64,000 nt of DNA from Bacteroidales bacterium (GCA_007125955.1 SLCF01000008.1:1913-65912); one strand, 5' to 3'. Positions 46,976-58,080 are shown, counted from the stretch's first letter. The notes: generated from the sequence alone by a model not told the origin. Numbers and translations are program-made.

Positions 46976-48172
46976 CTACAATCCCAGCTTTGTTCTGATT
47001 GCCGGAGGAATTGCATCTTTATGAACCATTACTGCAATGGTTTTCTTCTTTACATACGGTTCAGACATATAGAGAAACCCGTCATAATCATTTGTTTCCC
47101 CGTATGAGTTCTTTGTCAGATAATAGAGTGTCCCGTTCTGATCTCTTGCGGTACCGGTAATATGCATCAGGTGATCGTCAGTTGTTGAAAAGTTATCGAA
47201 TGATGCCTGACGGCTTTCCTGCGTCACACTTTTTTCCGGCTGGGGTGATCTGAAAAGCTCCCTTCTTTCCTCTTCGGAACGCTCTTCCCATGTCTTCTCC
47301 GGCACCAGTGCAAGTCCGTTTGAATGAGAAAAAGCGCGTTCGCTGACATCGCCATCCCATGCAATTGTATATCCGTTTGCAAGGGCGTAGTTAATAACAT
47401 CCATCATTTCATTCAGCGGCAGGTTATAGTAAAGTTCGTGAGCCCAGTTATCGGGTACCTCAAGTACAAACTTCTCATAAAAGGGCTTGTGTGAGAAAGA
47501 TGTTATTTCAACATATTCGGATGGTTCAAAGTCCATTTCAGTCATGAAGCTTTTGGGTGTGTAGGTTTGTCCGTTATATGTGAATTGTTCCGGCACCTCT
47601 CCAAGATAAACGTCAAGTATTGAGTTATATGCTTCCATCCATACAGGAGTGAGAACACCGCCTCTCCTGCTCAGAACTCCGTCAATGAAAGCAACAAGAA
47701 CAGCAGCAAGCTCACCGTGATTGTGTATATCAGTCCCATACTCCAGACCACGGTACACCACGTCCGGCACAAAGCCATACTCTTCAGCAACTTTCATAAC
47801 ATCATGCGACAAGCTGCCCTGCCAGAAATTGATATTCCCGTGGAACCTCACATACCTGTCGGCTTTTTCAGGATAAACATATCTTACAAAGAACATCTCG
47901 GAAAGGTCGTGTTCACCTTTGCCCATTCTTATCAACTCCGACTCAATAAACGAAACTGTTGCAAAGCTCCAGCAGGTTCCTGTTCTCGCCTGGTTCTTTG
48001 CAGGCAAAACAGGCAATTCTATCTGCCTTTCAAAAATATATCCTGTTTCCTGGTTTGCCGCAGCACTCTCAGGTTCACCTGCAAATGCTGGCATAACTAC
48101 AAGCAGTCCTATCAATGCTACAATTAAATACTTTTTGTTTTCCATAGGTTCAGTTTTTGTTTTGTTGATCAT
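46976..48172 (-). CDS. Secreted C1-family cysteine peptidase (aminopeptidase C / bleomycin hydrolase-like)
   Basis: Signal peptide. The catalytic Cys context is QARTGTCWSFATVSF, with His/Asn blocks downstream. The start may be the second Met at 48145. Confidence 0.7.
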   Translation of the reverse strand: MINKTKTEPMENKKYLIVALIGLLVVMPAFAGEPESAAANQETGYIFERQIELPVLPAKNQARTGTCWSFATVSFIESELIRMGKGEHDLSEMFFVRYVYPEKADRYVRFHGNINFWQGSLSHDVMKVAEEYGFVPDVVYRGLEYGTDIHNHGELAAVLVAFIDGVLSRRGGVLTPVWMEAYNSILDVYLGEVPEQFTYNGQTYTPKSFMTEMDFEPSEYVEITSFSHKPFYEKFVLEVPDNWAHELYYNLPLNEMMDVINYALANGYTIAWDGDVSERAFSHSNGLALVPEKTWEERSEEERRELFRSPQPEKSVTQESRQASFDNFSTTDDHLMHITGTARDQNGTLYYLTKNSYGETNDYDGFLYMSEPYVKKKTIAVMVHKDAIPPAIRTKLGL

Positions 48173-48233
48173 TTCAAATATATATTACATTTTTTAAATG
48201 ACACTCATACGCATAAAAAAACCCTCACTCCGC

Positions 48234-48599
48234 TTAACGGAGGAGGGGGTAAAACGCGTTCTCCGTAAGTTCAACATTGTGTTCGTTTTCTGATATAACA
48301 ACGGTAACAATATCAAACCTCACTTCCAAATCTGTTTTATTCTTTCTTATGTATGCATTTGCGGCTCTTATGAGAAATCCCTGTTTTTTCAGGTTAACCG
48401 ACTCAAGGGGGGATTCAATATAGTTTTTATGACGCGTTTTCACCTCGACTATTACGAGATATCCGTCTTTCTCTGCTATCAGGTCAATCTCATAACGTCC
48501 GCTTCTCCAGTTTCTTCGAATAATACGGTAACCCCTGCCGGCAAGAAATTGTTCGGCAATATTTTCACCTTTCCTGCCGGTCAGGTTATGTTCTCCCAT
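48234..48599 (-). CDS. yraN: YraN-family (UPF0102) endonuclease-fold protein
   Basis: 121 aa. GRKGENIAEQFLAGRGYRIIRRNWR, EIDLIA and VIVEVKTR blocks. Confidence 0.75.
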   Translation of the reverse strand: MGEHNLTGRKGENIAEQFLAGRGYRIIRRNWRSGRYEIDLIAEKDGYLVIVEVKTRHKNYIESPLESVNLKKQGFLIRAANAYIRKNKTDLEVRFDIVTVVISENEHNVELTENAFYPLLR

Positions 48600-48601
48600 T
48601 C

Positions 48602-50020
48602 TTAATAACGGTAATGATCGGGTTTGTAAGGTCCGTTAACCGGAACACCTATATATTCGGCCTGTTCCGGGGTAAGTTCTGTCAGTTTAACCCCAATTTT
48701 TTCAAGGTGAAGCCTTGCAACCTCTTCGTCAAGATGCTTGGGCAGAACGTAAACATCCAGCTCATGATCTTTCTTCCAGAGCTCTATCTGGGCAAGCACC
48801 TGGTTTGTAAAGGAATTACTCATTACAAAAGAGGGGTGCCCTGTTGCACAACCCAGGTTTACAAGCCTTCCTTCAGCAAGCAATATTATTGAATTGCCTT
48901 CAGGAAATACGAACTGGTCAACCTGCGGCTTTATATTGATCTTTTTTATCCCCGGGTGTTTCTCAAGCTTCTCAACCTGGATCTCGTTGTCAAAATGACC
49001 AATGTTGCAAACAATTGCATGGTCTTTCATCTGCTTCATATGGTCAACGGTTATAACATCCTTGTTACCCGTTGCAGTAACAAAAATATCACCTTCTTCC
49101 AGGGCTTCCTCTATGGGTTTAACCTCGAACCCTTCCATTGCCGCCTGCAGTGCACATATCGGATCAATTTCTGTAACTATTACACGGGAACCATATGCTC
49201 TTACTGAGCGAGCGGAACCTTTTCCAACATCCCCGAAGCCAAGAACTACTGAAACCTTGCCTCCAAGCATAATATCTGTGGCACGCTTTATACCGTCAGC
49301 AAGAGATTCCCTGCATCCGTAAAGGTTATCAAACTTCGATTTGGTAACCGAATCATTAACGTTAATTGCCGGGAAAAGCAGGTCTCCGCTCTTCACCATC
49401 TGATATAGGCGGTTAACCCCGGTAGTCGTTTCTTCAGATACTCCCTTTATCTCCTTTACCATACGGTGCCATTTTCCGTTGTCAACTTCCAGGTATTGCT
49501 TCAGAATCCTCAGAACTTCCGCCTCTTCAATGCTTCCTGCTTCAACATCAAGCACTGAAGGGTCGTTTTCAGCCTGATAACCTTTGTGAAGCAGTAATGT
49601 CGCATCCCCACCGTCATCAACTATCAATGTCGGCCCCTTCCCGTCAGGGAACGAGAGCGCCTGTGCAATACACCACCAGTATTCCCTTAAGGTTTCGCCT
49701 TTCCAGGCAAATACAGGAACTCCTTTTTTGGCTATTGCAGCAGCAGCATGATCCTGTGTTGAAAATATGTTACAGCTTGCCCACCGGACATCTGCGCCAA
49801 GGTCTATAAGGGTCTCGATCAGTACAGCCGTTTGTATGGTCATATGAAGCGACCCTGTAATCCGGGCGCCTTTGAGTGGTTTCTCCCCTGAATATTTTTG
49901 ACGTACCGACATTAATCCCGGCATCTCCTTTTCTGCCAGGTTAATCTCCTTTCTTCCCCATTCTGCCAGTGAAATATCTTTAATCTTGTAAGGCAGGTCA
50001 TCTACTAACAATTCACTCAT
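48602..50020 (-). CDS. ahcY: Adenosylhomocysteinase
   Basis: 472 aa. [28 protein letters not shown] and the C-terminal [10 protein letters not shown]. Confidence 0.95.
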   Translation of the reverse strand: MSELLVDDLPYKIKDISLAEWGRKEINLAEKEMPGLMSVRQKYSGEKPLKGARITGSLHMTIQTAVLIETLIDLGADVRWASCNIFSTQDHAAAAIAKKGVPVFAWKGETLREYWWCIAQALSFPDGKGPTLIVDDGGDATLLLHKGYQAENDPSVLDVEAGSIEEAEVLRILKQYLEVDNGKWHRMVKEIKGVSEETTTGVNRLYQMVKSGDLLFPAINVNDSVTKSKFDNLYGCRESLADGIKRATDIMLGGKVSVVLGFGDVGKGSARSVRAYGSRVIVTEIDPICALQAAMEGFEVKPIEEALEEGDIFVTATGNKDVITVDHMKQMKDHAIVCNIGHFDNEIQVEKLEKHPGIKKINIKPQVDQFVFPEGNSIILLAEGRLVNLGCATGHPSFVMSNSFTNQVLAQIELWKKDHELDVYVLPKHLDEEVARLHLEKIGVKLTELTPEQAEYIGVPVNGPYKPDHYRY

Positions 50021-50229
50021 TTTTTTGATTTTTTTTTTAAAAATTCCACATAAAGTACACTAAAACAGCAAAGTTAAAATATAATTGCCAAAAAAAAAAT
50101 TCTTCGGCTACGCTAAGCACAGCAGCAGGTTCGGGTATACTGAAGAGAAACAGGCCAAACCATCCGCTAATCAAAACAGATCTGAACATTAACATCCCGG
50201 TTTACAGTATAATTTATTCAGGTACAAGC

Positions 50230-51174
50230 TCACGGCTTCAGTTTGCTGAATAATTCCGTAATCTTTTCTTTATCTTTTTTCAACTGACCCTTAAGTTCTT
50301 CCAGTCCGGCAAACTCCTTTTCGTCACGGATTCTTTCAATAAACCTTATCTGGAGGTTCCGGTTGTAAATATCCCCTTTGAAATCTATTATATGAACTTC
50401 AAGTACCTTATGGTCTCTTCTTCTTTTAAGGGTAGGACGATATCCAATATTCATCATCCCCCTGAAAAGTTTTTTCCCTGCTTCAACCCCAACAGCGTAA
50501 ACACCGGTTGATGGCACCAGTTTATGGGGGTCATCAATGTGCATGTTGGCTGTTGGAAAGCCTAACTTCCTTCCAATCTTCATCCCCCCCACGATCTTCC
50601 CTTCCATAGTGTAAGGATAGCCCAGCAGACTGTTGGCCAGTCTTATATTGCCGGACAAAAGCGCCATTCTCACTGAGGAAGAGCTTATCCTTTCCCCTTT
50701 GTAAAACAGGGGCTCAACCTGCTCAATTGTAAAATCAAGTTTGCGGGCACAATCTTTCATATTTTCAAAGCTGCCCTCCCTTCCTCTTCCGAAATGGTTA
50801 TCATGGCCGAATACAAGATGTTTCAGCCCCATTCCTGCAACCAGGTATTTTTTAACAAATTCGCAGGCAGGTAAAAGGGAAAGATCCCCGGAAAAGGGAA
50901 TTATTAAAAAGTGTCTGACCCCCAGGGATTCGAGCCGCACCCTCTTTTCATGCAGTGTTGTCAAAAGCTTCAGCTTTTCAGGGGTTTTACCAAGTACAAT
51001 ACGGGGATGCGGCCAGAATGTGACAATAACCGGTTCACCATCCATCTCTTCCGACCTGCGGATGATAGTTTCCACAACTGCGGAATGCCCCCTGTGTACA
51101 CCGTCAAACACCCCGATTGAAACAACAGGGTTTTTAAGACGTTTAGAGACTGCTCCTCTGTATACTTTCAACAC
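50230..51174 (-). CDS. ribF: Bifunctional riboflavin kinase / FAD synthetase
   Basis: 314 aa. IGVFDGVHRGH, GFPTAN and the riboflavin-kinase C-terminal block LEVHIIDF. Confidence 0.9.
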   Translation of the reverse strand: MLKVYRGAVSKRLKNPVVSIGVFDGVHRGHSAVVETIIRRSEEMDGEPVIVTFWPHPRIVLGKTPEKLKLLTTLHEKRVRLESLGVRHFLIIPFSGDLSLLPACEFVKKYLVAGMGLKHLVFGHDNHFGRGREGSFENMKDCARKLDFTIEQVEPLFYKGERISSSSVRMALLSGNIRLANSLLGYPYTMEGKIVGGMKIGRKLGFPTANMHIDDPHKLVPSTGVYAVGVEAGKKLFRGMMNIGYRPTLKRRRDHKVLEVHIIDFKGDIYNRNLQIRFIERIRDEKEFAGLEELKGQLKKDKEKITELFSKLKP

Positions 51175-51236
51175 TATTATGTTAAACTTTTTGCTGCAAA
51201 ATTACCAAATAACCGGAAATACAATTCAATCTGGCA

Positions 51237-52718
51237 TCAGGAACTGCCGGTTAATTTTCCGGTGCCGTTGGGATTGAAATATCTCCTCAGCCACTTGTTG
51301 GCCATAAGGAATATTATTATCACAAGTCCCCATTGAGAAATCATTGTGCCGGTGCTGAGCATTTCAAAAGGATTCCACCAGTTGTCAGGATACCATCCAA
51401 TTGACTGGTATATCCACCATCCCAAAATTGTCAGTATAATGACAGGATTAAGGTATATGAAGAGGTTATACCATTTTCCTATCTTCATTAAAGCCCCTTC
51501 ATGGTTTATATGCTTTGTGCGTACTTTTTCAACACCGTACTTCATTACTGCCACTGCTGTGAAAATACCGCTGATAAGAAGTGCTACACCCCAGACAAAA
51601 TCCTGGTTCTCGAAAAAATTGAGACTGTAGGCTGAAGGGATACCGCAAACGAATCCGGCCAGAACGGTGTAGAAAGCAGCTTTTTTCCTGTTCCATCCTG
51701 CAGATACCAGATTAGCAACTCCCACTTCCACCATTGAAATAAGTGAAGAGATCCCGGCAAATGCCAGTCCCAGGAAGAAGATAACTGCCATAACAGCCCC
51801 GCCGGGCATGGTTGTAAACAGCTCAGACATATAAATGAAAGTAAGTCCTGCATTACCGGAAGCAAGTGCCTCATTTGCATAATCAAGAGTTGGCGCCATT
51901 GCAAACACTGTAGGAAGGATGGCAAGACCTGCCACAATTGCAATTGCTATATCAGCGTAAGCAACTATAAACATACTGCTGCCCACATCATCTTTTGGTT
52001 TACTGTAAATGGAATAGGTCATCAGAAGCGCCCAGCCCGCACCGGTTGACCATGCAGCCTGCGTAAAAGCTTCAAGCCAGGTATGAGGATCAATAAAATA
52101 CTCCATATCGAAACTGAAGAGGTATTGCACTCCCAATCCTGCTCCCGGAAGGGTGAGAGCCCTTACGGCCCCTACTACAAGAAGCAGGGCAAGCAAGGGA
52201 AGGAATATCTTGGTATAACGTTCTATCCCTTTTGCTACCCCCTGGTAAATAACAAAAAAGGCTGCGAGCATTGCAAGGAAATGGTAAAATATGGTTTCCC
52301 GGGGATTTGTTGTAAATGTCTCCCAAAGAGCATTGGTATCCACACCGGGAACAAATTTGCCCTGAATTGCAAGAATCACATATTTAATAGTCCACCCTGT
52401 TACAACAGAATAATAAAACATAATGGCAATACAGACAAAACCCATCCATGCTCCTATCCATGAATACTTTTTCCCCATGAAATCACCGTACGAACCGATT
52501 GTCCCTTTACGTCCGTTCCGGCCTATAACCATTTCAGACATAAGCAGCGGAATTGAACAAACCAGTACTGCCAGCAGCAAAATGATTATAAAGGTTCCGC
52601 CGCCGTTTGCAGCTGCAACACGGGGAAATCGCCAGATATTGCCGGTTCCTACTGCCATTGCAATCGATGCTACAATAAAGCCCATCCGGCTGGTAAAAAA
52701 CTGTTGTTTATCCTGCAT
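51237..52718 (-). CDS. Sodium-dependent transporter, neurotransmitter:sodium symporter (SNF) family
   Basis: 493 aa, ~12 TM segments, signature GFIVASIAMAVGTGNIWRFP. Confidence 0.85.
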   Translation of the reverse strand: MQDKQQFFTSRMGFIVASIAMAVGTGNIWRFPRVAAANGGGTFIIILLLAVLVCSIPLLMSEMVIGRNGRKGTIGSYGDFMGKKYSWIGAWMGFVCIAIMFYYSVVTGWTIKYVILAIQGKFVPGVDTNALWETFTTNPRETIFYHFLAMLAAFFVIYQGVAKGIERYTKIFLPLLALLLVVGAVRALTLPGAGLGVQYLFSFDMEYFIDPHTWLEAFTQAAWSTGAGWALLMTYSIYSKPKDDVGSSMFIVAYADIAIAIVAGLAILPTVFAMAPTLDYANEALASGNAGLTFIYMSELFTTMPGGAVMAVIFFLGLAFAGISSLISMVEVGVANLVSAGWNRKKAAFYTVLAGFVCGIPSAYSLNFFENQDFVWGVALLISGIFTAVAVMKYGVEKVRTKHINHEGALMKIGKWYNLFIYLNPVIILTILGWWIYQSIGWYPDNWWNPFEMLSTGTMISQWGLVIIIFLMANKWLRRYFNPNGTGKLTGSS

Positions 52719-52823
52719 AAAGATTTCTTTTATCTATTTATAAATAAGTTCTCCTAATCTAATTTCCAATTTTCCTATGGTGCAATTTTTGTGAAGTAAT
52801 TACTCTGCTTCCGCATTTGAATA

Positions 52824-54536
52824 TCATTCATGGAGGGAGTCATCTGCAAACCTCCATGAAGATTCAAAATCCTCCGGCAAAAATTCATCCGCAAGCAGTG
52901 CTCTTAAAAGCTCAACCGGAAGGTTATTCTCCTTCAGAACAGCATCGTGAAACTCCTTAACAGTCATTTCTCCACCTTCAACCATCTCGTCACGAAGTGC
53001 GGAAAACTGTATTCCGCCGATCATATAGGCAAGCTGATAGAGAGGATCATATCGTCCGGTAAAAGACCTTCTCACTTCCGCTTCGGCATTTGCCCTTTCG
53101 TGTCCAACCTCATCTACCAGAAAATCTATACATTCCTGTGGAGTCATCTCATTGAGATGGTAGCGGAGGGAAAAGATAATTCTTGCAGCCCTGTGTTTCC
53201 TCCAGAACAGAAATCCTATCCTGTCCTCGGGCGTTTCCGGGTACCCCATATCATACAGAATGAACTCCCAGTAAAGAGCCCATCCTTCAGTCCAGAAAGG
53301 AGTGCCGGACATCCTGCGGTAAGGCTTGTAACGCTGGTTCATAAACCCCTGCATATGATGCCCTGCTATCAGTTCATGGTGAACAACAGCCTTGCAGAAA
53401 TGGGGATTGTTCCCCCTGAGACTCATCATTTTGGCATCATGGTCCATTGTGTTGGTGGGGTATGAAATCCTTATCGCTTCACCACCAAGAAAAAAAGGAC
53501 TGACCTTTTGCTGTTCCGGGGAAAGCATTACCATTCTCCACGTTTCTTTTGCAAGATCGGGGATTGTCAGCATATCGTTATTTTCAATAAAAGATATAGC
53601 ATCTTCTGCAAGCCGGTTTATAAGTTCAGGCTGCTCCCCTGCGGGAACATACTGTTCTTTGACATACTCAAGAGCAGCTCTCCAGTCATCTCCATATCCC
53701 ATTTCCCTTGACGCCTTTACCATTTCTTCCCTTGCCATTTCCAGCTCCCGCCGGCCGATTTTGATCAGCTCTTCCGGAGAATAAGGGATTAACTCAAACT
53801 GTAATCTTTTTACTATTGATTCCTTCCCCTCCGGTCTTCCCACTATACCGCTTCCGTCATCACCTGCAAATTCTTCCGGATAATGTTCTCTAACCAGTTC
53901 CTCATAATCTTCGAGTACTGCATGCAAACTTTTGTACGGGGCCTCAACCCACCATGAGAAACCGGGATGGTAGCCGTAATAAAATTCATACGACTCTTCC
54001 AGATTCTCCCGCAAACTTCTAACAACCCTGGCAGCTTTGTCAGCTACCATCCAGTTTTCAAAAGGCTCCCTTCCTTTTAGCTCTTCACCTGCTTTCTCAA
54101 AAAGCTGCGTGGCATTGTGGAACATACCGGCAATCTGCCGGCCTTCAACATTTTTCCCTCTCCTTCTCTCCCTTATAAACCGGTAGAGATCATCAGCAAA
54201 AACAGTAACAAAACGTACATCCATGAATTCTTCCTCTTCCCGTTCCAGCAGAAATTTTGCCCTTTCCAGGTAATTCCTGAAAAGCAGGTAATCAACCCTG
54301 CCGCTTACGGAAAGAGCATCAAAATCTCTTTGATCAAGAAATCCAAGCCATTCATCGTACAGCCGGCCCATTCTTTCGTAATACTCATATGTCTCCCTCA
54401 GTGTGTACTTGCGGCCAAGGGCTCCCCTGTCTGCCTGAAACTGAGAAAAGGGCTCATAAAATTCAAACGACCGGTTTTCAGCTTTGCTGCCGGTCATTAA
54501 AATAAAAAACAAGATAGTAATAAACAGAACCTTCAT
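52824..54536 (-). CDS. DUF885-family secreted protein (metallopeptidase-like HExxH-type motif)
   Basis: Real start is MKVLFITILFFILMTGSKA (signal peptide) at 54536. DUF885-like blocks include VHHELIAGHHMQ. The 632-aa track ORF is an upstream over-extension. Confidence 0.7.
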   Translation of the reverse strand: MKVLFITILFFILMTGSKAENRSFEFYEPFSQFQADRGALGRKYTLRETYEYYERMGRLYDEWLGFLDQRDFDALSVSGRVDYLLFRNYLERAKFLLEREEEEFMDVRFVTVFADDLYRFIRERRRGKNVEGRQIAGMFHNATQLFEKAGEELKGREPFENWMVADKAARVVRSLRENLEESYEFYYGYHPGFSWWVEAPYKSLHAVLEDYEELVREHYPEEFAGDDGSGIVGRPEGKESIVKRLQFELIPYSPEELIKIGRRELEMAREEMVKASREMGYGDDWRAALEYVKEQYVPAGEQPELINRLAEDAISFIENNDMLTIPDLAKETWRMVMLSPEQQKVSPFFLGGEAIRISYPTNTMDHDAKMMSLRGNNPHFCKAVVHHELIAGHHMQGFMNQRYKPYRRMSGTPFWTEGWALYWEFILYDMGYPETPEDRIGFLFWRKHRAARIIFSLRYHLNEMTPQECIDFLVDEVGHERANAEAEVRRSFTGRYDPLYQLAYMIGGIQFSALRDEMVEGGEMTVKEFHDAVLKENNLPVELLRALLADEFLPEDFESSWRFADDSLHE

Positions 54537-54780
54537 ACGTATTAGTTTTATCTGTAAAAAAATTTCAAAATTATAGTCAGATAACCCGAATGTCTTTTTT
54601 ATAAATGCCCATAACTCTTCGGATTTCAGAAAAACCTGCAGAAAGGCACGAAGGTTTTCAGGACAGTTCAACTGTAACAGGTAAAAATAATAATAATAAC
54701 CAAATTGAAAATCATCAGCCAATTAAAAACTGCTAAAATATATTATATTCGCACAAAGTAAAACAGAAACAGATATTGTA

Positions 54781-55956
54781 ATGGATCCAAAAAAACTGTT
54801 GTTATTTCTTCCTGCAATAATTATACTTTCATGTTCCCCTTCTGAAAGGAGCAACTATACCATATACGGTGAATTTGAGAATGCTTCCGGTGAGATGATA
54901 TATCTTATGGAAATGAGATCTGAAGAGATAATACCGGCAGATTCGGTTATTGCTGACCAGAACGGGGGGTTCACTTTCAGCGGCAGAATTGAACAACCAC
55001 GTTTCCTGGTAGTGCAGGATAAACCCTCAAACAACCTGACACTGCTCATCTCTCCCGGTGAGGAGATTACAGTAACCGGCGACATTGATGATATCAGGCG
55101 CAGCTACCAGGTTGAAGGTTCTCCCGGCTCCGAAAGGGTAATGAGACTGAATCGTGAAATGGACGGTACGCTTGACAAGCTTGATTCACTCGGGAATATA
55201 TACCGGAGCAAGCTAAACGAGCCGGGAGTAGACATAGAAGAGCTGCGTGCAGACACCCGTGAAAAGTTTGACAGTATTGCCGAAAAGCAAAGACTTTTCA
55301 CTATCGGTTTTATTGAGGAAGAGCCGGGATCACTGGCAAGCCTTATGGCACTGTACATGCAGATTGACCCTTCCACATTCGTGCTTGGGCGACCCGGTGA
55401 CCTGAAATATTATAAAATGGTTGACTCTGCACTTTTTGAGAAGTACCCCGAACTGGACTACGTCGTTACACTTAATGAGAATATCCGTGAAATGGAGACC
55501 AATATTGAAATGAGAAGGCTGCGGGAGGAAAGTCTTCATGCGGGCAGTACAGCACCAGAAATAGCATTGCCAGGCAGGGAGGGGGACACCATAACCCTTT
55601 CGTCGCTCAGGGGAAGATATGTGCTTCTTAATTTCTGGGCATCATGGAGTGAGGAGTCCCGTAATGAAAACCCCGGACTGATTGATATTTACAACAGGTT
55701 CAATCCTCAAGGTCTGGAAATCCTTCAGGTTTCTCTTGACCGTAACCGGGAATCATGGCTGAGGGGTATAAGTGAGGACAGGACAGGTGAGTGGATGCAT
55801 GCAAGTGACCTTCAGTTCTGGAGCTCTTCTGTTGTACCGGTTTACCGGATTGACGAGTTGCCGGTTTCATTCCTGATTGACATGGAAGGAAGAATAATGG
55901 CACGAAGTGCATCTGCAGACTCACTGGCAGAAATAATTGAAGACATTTTCTACTAA
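54781..55956 (+). CDS. Lipoprotein with N-terminal DUF4369-like domain and C-terminal TlpA/ResA-like thioredoxin fold lacking the CxxC motif
   Basis: Lipobox ILSCS. The Trx-fold block YVLLNFWASWSEESRNENP occupies the place of the usual FWASWCGPCRxExP. The lipobox Cys is the only Cys in the protein. Confidence 0.7.
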   Translation: MDPKKLLLFLPAIIILSCSPSERSNYTIYGEFENASGEMIYLMEMRSEEIIPADSVIADQNGGFTFSGRIEQPRFLVVQDKPSNNLTLLISPGEEITVTGDIDDIRRSYQVEGSPGSERVMRLNREMDGTLDKLDSLGNIYRSKLNEPGVDIEELRADTREKFDSIAEKQRLFTIGFIEEEPGSLASLMALYMQIDPSTFVLGRPGDLKYYKMVDSALFEKYPELDYVVTLNENIREMETNIEMRRLREESLHAGSTAPEIALPGREGDTITLSSLRGRYVLLNFWASWSEESRNENPGLIDIYNRFNPQGLEILQVSLDRNRESWLRGISEDRTGEWMHASDLQFWSSSVVPVYRIDELPVSFLIDMEGRIMARSASADSLAEIIEDIFY

Positions 55957-55999
55957 GATTGGTTAAAATAATACCTTATAAACTAATATAACTTTGGCG

Positions 56000-57163
56000 A
56001 TGTACAGATTAATAACAGCTCTTTTTTCAATCCTGCTTATTGCAGGATGTGAAAGGCCGGGCAGGGTAACCCTGGAAGGCTCAATTACAGGAGGAGCAGG
56101 GAAAAAGATCTACCTTGACGAAATAAGGGTTGGTGATATTGTTGCCCTGGATTCAACTGAAATCAACAGGAACAACCGTTTCAGATTCACAAGTAGATTT
56201 GATAACCCCAGATTTTTAAGACTAAGGCTTTCACCCGATAATCACATCACACTTTTTTCAAATCCCGGAGAAACTATCACAGTTAATGCCAGCTCTGCAA
56301 ACCTTATAAACACCTATGAAGTAGAGGGCTCTGAAGAATCGGAAAAAATAAGGCAGCTTAACAGGCGCCTGCTGAAAACCAGAAGGGAGATCGATTCACT
56401 TATTAATACACTTGATGATATTGAAGACGATTCAGCTCTTGCATCAAATGAAGAGGAGGTGGACAGGCAAATAGACTCAATCCTGCAACAGCAGAGAAAT
56501 TTTTCCATACGATTCATTATGGATAACATGGATTCGCCGGTAAGCATTACAGCATTATACCAGGAACTGTATGACGATTATGTACTCAACCGCATATCGG
56601 ATATCCAGTATATGAAGATTGTTGCTGAAGCCCTGGAAGAAATATATCCCGGACTGGATTATGTTCAATCGCTTTCAAGTGATGCTTCAAGGCAGATTGA
56701 ACAGTATGAGTTTTTCAGGATAACATCCAGGGCTGAGTCTGAGGGATTGGTTGTGGAAACCTACCCGGATATACAATTGCCGGATCTGCAGGGTGACACC
56801 ATATCACTGAGCTCCCTGGGGGAAAAGTATATACTTGTAACTTTCGGCTCCTCAGGAAATGAAGAGAGCACACAGTTTCATCTTGACATGATCCCGGTTT
56901 ATAACACATTCCATAACAGGGGATTTGCTGTATACCACATTTCCATGGAGAGTGATCCTGAAGAATGGAGAAGGTATGTGGCATTCAATGAATATCCGTG
57001 GGTGAAAGTGGCTGAGGTCAATACTGATGACTCAAGGCCTGCAAGAATTTACAACGTTAGCCAGCTGCCTTCAAACTTTTTCATAAACCGCGATATAGGG
57101 GTTGTTGCACGCGATCTGGCTCCTTCCGAAATAAGGAGAAGGCTCTCTGTTGCACTTGATTAA
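56000..57163 (+). CDS. Paralogous lipoprotein, DUF4369-like plus Cys-less thioredoxin fold
   Basis: Lipobox IAGCE. YILVTFGSSGNEESTQFH replaces the CxxC region. Same domain order and about the same length as the upstream gene. I prefer the ATG at 56000. Confidence 0.7.
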   Translation: MYRLITALFSILLIAGCERPGRVTLEGSITGGAGKKIYLDEIRVGDIVALDSTEINRNNRFRFTSRFDNPRFLRLRLSPDNHITLFSNPGETITVNASSANLINTYEVEGSEESEKIRQLNRRLLKTRREIDSLINTLDDIEDDSALASNEEEVDRQIDSILQQQRNFSIRFIMDNMDSPVSITALYQELYDDYVLNRISDIQYMKIVAEALEEIYPGLDYVQSLSSDASRQIEQYEFFRITSRAESEGLVVETYPDIQLPDLQGDTISLSSLGEKYILVTFGSSGNEESTQFHLDMIPVYNTFHNRGFAVYHISMESDPEEWRRYVAFNEYPWVKVAEVNTDDSRPARIYNVSQLPSNFFINRDIGVVARDLAPSEIRRRLSVALD

Positions 57164-57199
57164 TAACTTTATCTTATTAAAAAACGCCATCATCCTGTT

Positions 57200-57952
57200 T
57201 TGACCGAGCCCAAAAAAATATATTTTGCTTCAGATGCGCATTTCGGACTTCCGGATGCCGGCTCAAGCATACCCCGTGAAAGGCTTTTCGTAAAATGGCT
57301 TGACTCAGTTAGTGAAGATGCATCTGAAATTTTTCTACTCGGAGATATTTTTGACTTCTGGTTTGAGTACCGCAAGGTTGTCCCAAGGGGCTTTACCAGG
57401 GTTCTGGGCAAGATCGCTTTGCTGACTGACAATGGAATAAAAGTGCATTTTTTCACAGGAAACCACGATTTATGGGTTTTTGATTACCTGCCCTCTGAAA
57501 CCGGTATGATCATTCACAGAAAACCTTTTATGAGAACTATTTACGGAAAACGGTTTTATATTTCTCATGGTGATGGACTTGGTTCAAACGACAAAGGTTT
57601 TCATTTTCTGAAAGCGGTATTTACTAACAGGCCTTTGCAGTGGCTTTTCGCAAGGCTGCATCCGAACTTTGCCCTATGGCTCGCGCACAGATGGTCAAAA
57701 ATGAGCAGGTATTCAAAGAACTTTTCAGAACCGTTCAAGGGGGAAGAGAATGAAGAGCATTTCATTTTTGCAAACAAAATGCTTGAAAAGAAAGAAGTAG
57801 ATTATTTCGTATTCGGCCACAGACACACTCCACTCAACCTCCCACTGAAAAACGGCAAGTCATACATCGTCAATCCGGGTGACTGGATATTCAACTTTAC
57901 CTATGCCGTTTTTGACGGGGAAAAGATGGAAGTGAAAAAATTCAGTGATTGA
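57200..57952 (+). CDS. lpxH: UDP-2,3-diacylglucosamine diphosphatase (LpxH-like metallophosphoesterase)
   Basis: 250 aa with a TTG start. IYFASDAHFG, LLGDIFDFWFEY, GNHD and GHRH metallophosphoesterase motifs. Confidence 0.7.
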   Translation: MTEPKKIYFASDAHFGLPDAGSSIPRERLFVKWLDSVSEDASEIFLLGDIFDFWFEYRKVVPRGFTRVLGKIALLTDNGIKVHFFTGNHDLWVFDYLPSETGMIIHRKPFMRTIYGKRFYISHGDGLGSNDKGFHFLKAVFTNRPLQWLFARLHPNFALWLAHRWSKMSRYSKNFSEPFKGEENEEHFIFANKMLEKKEVDYFVFGHRHTPLNLPLKNGKSYIVNPGDWIFNFTYAVFDGEKMEVKKFSD

Positions 57953-58080
57953 TTCCCGGCTTCAATATATACTGCTGAAGTCAAGTTCTTATATTGGACT
58001 GAAAATATATAGTCAAAAAACTTGTCAGATATTCAAAATTATTCCTACTTTTGGCAGATATAAAAAGCAAAACATTTGAA

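Noticed and set aside
50021-50229. SAH riboswitch upstream of ahcY
   Set aside because: A possible long-range stem (TCTTC...GAAGA) exists, but none of the conserved SAH-riboswitch sequence blocks are present. The element is also not expected in this phylum.
54537-54722. N-terminal 62-aa extension of the DUF885 ORF
   Set aside because: The extension is low-complexity (YYYYFYLLQ) and non-homologous-looking. A typical signal peptide, MKVLFITILFFILMTG, starts at the internal ATG at 54536.
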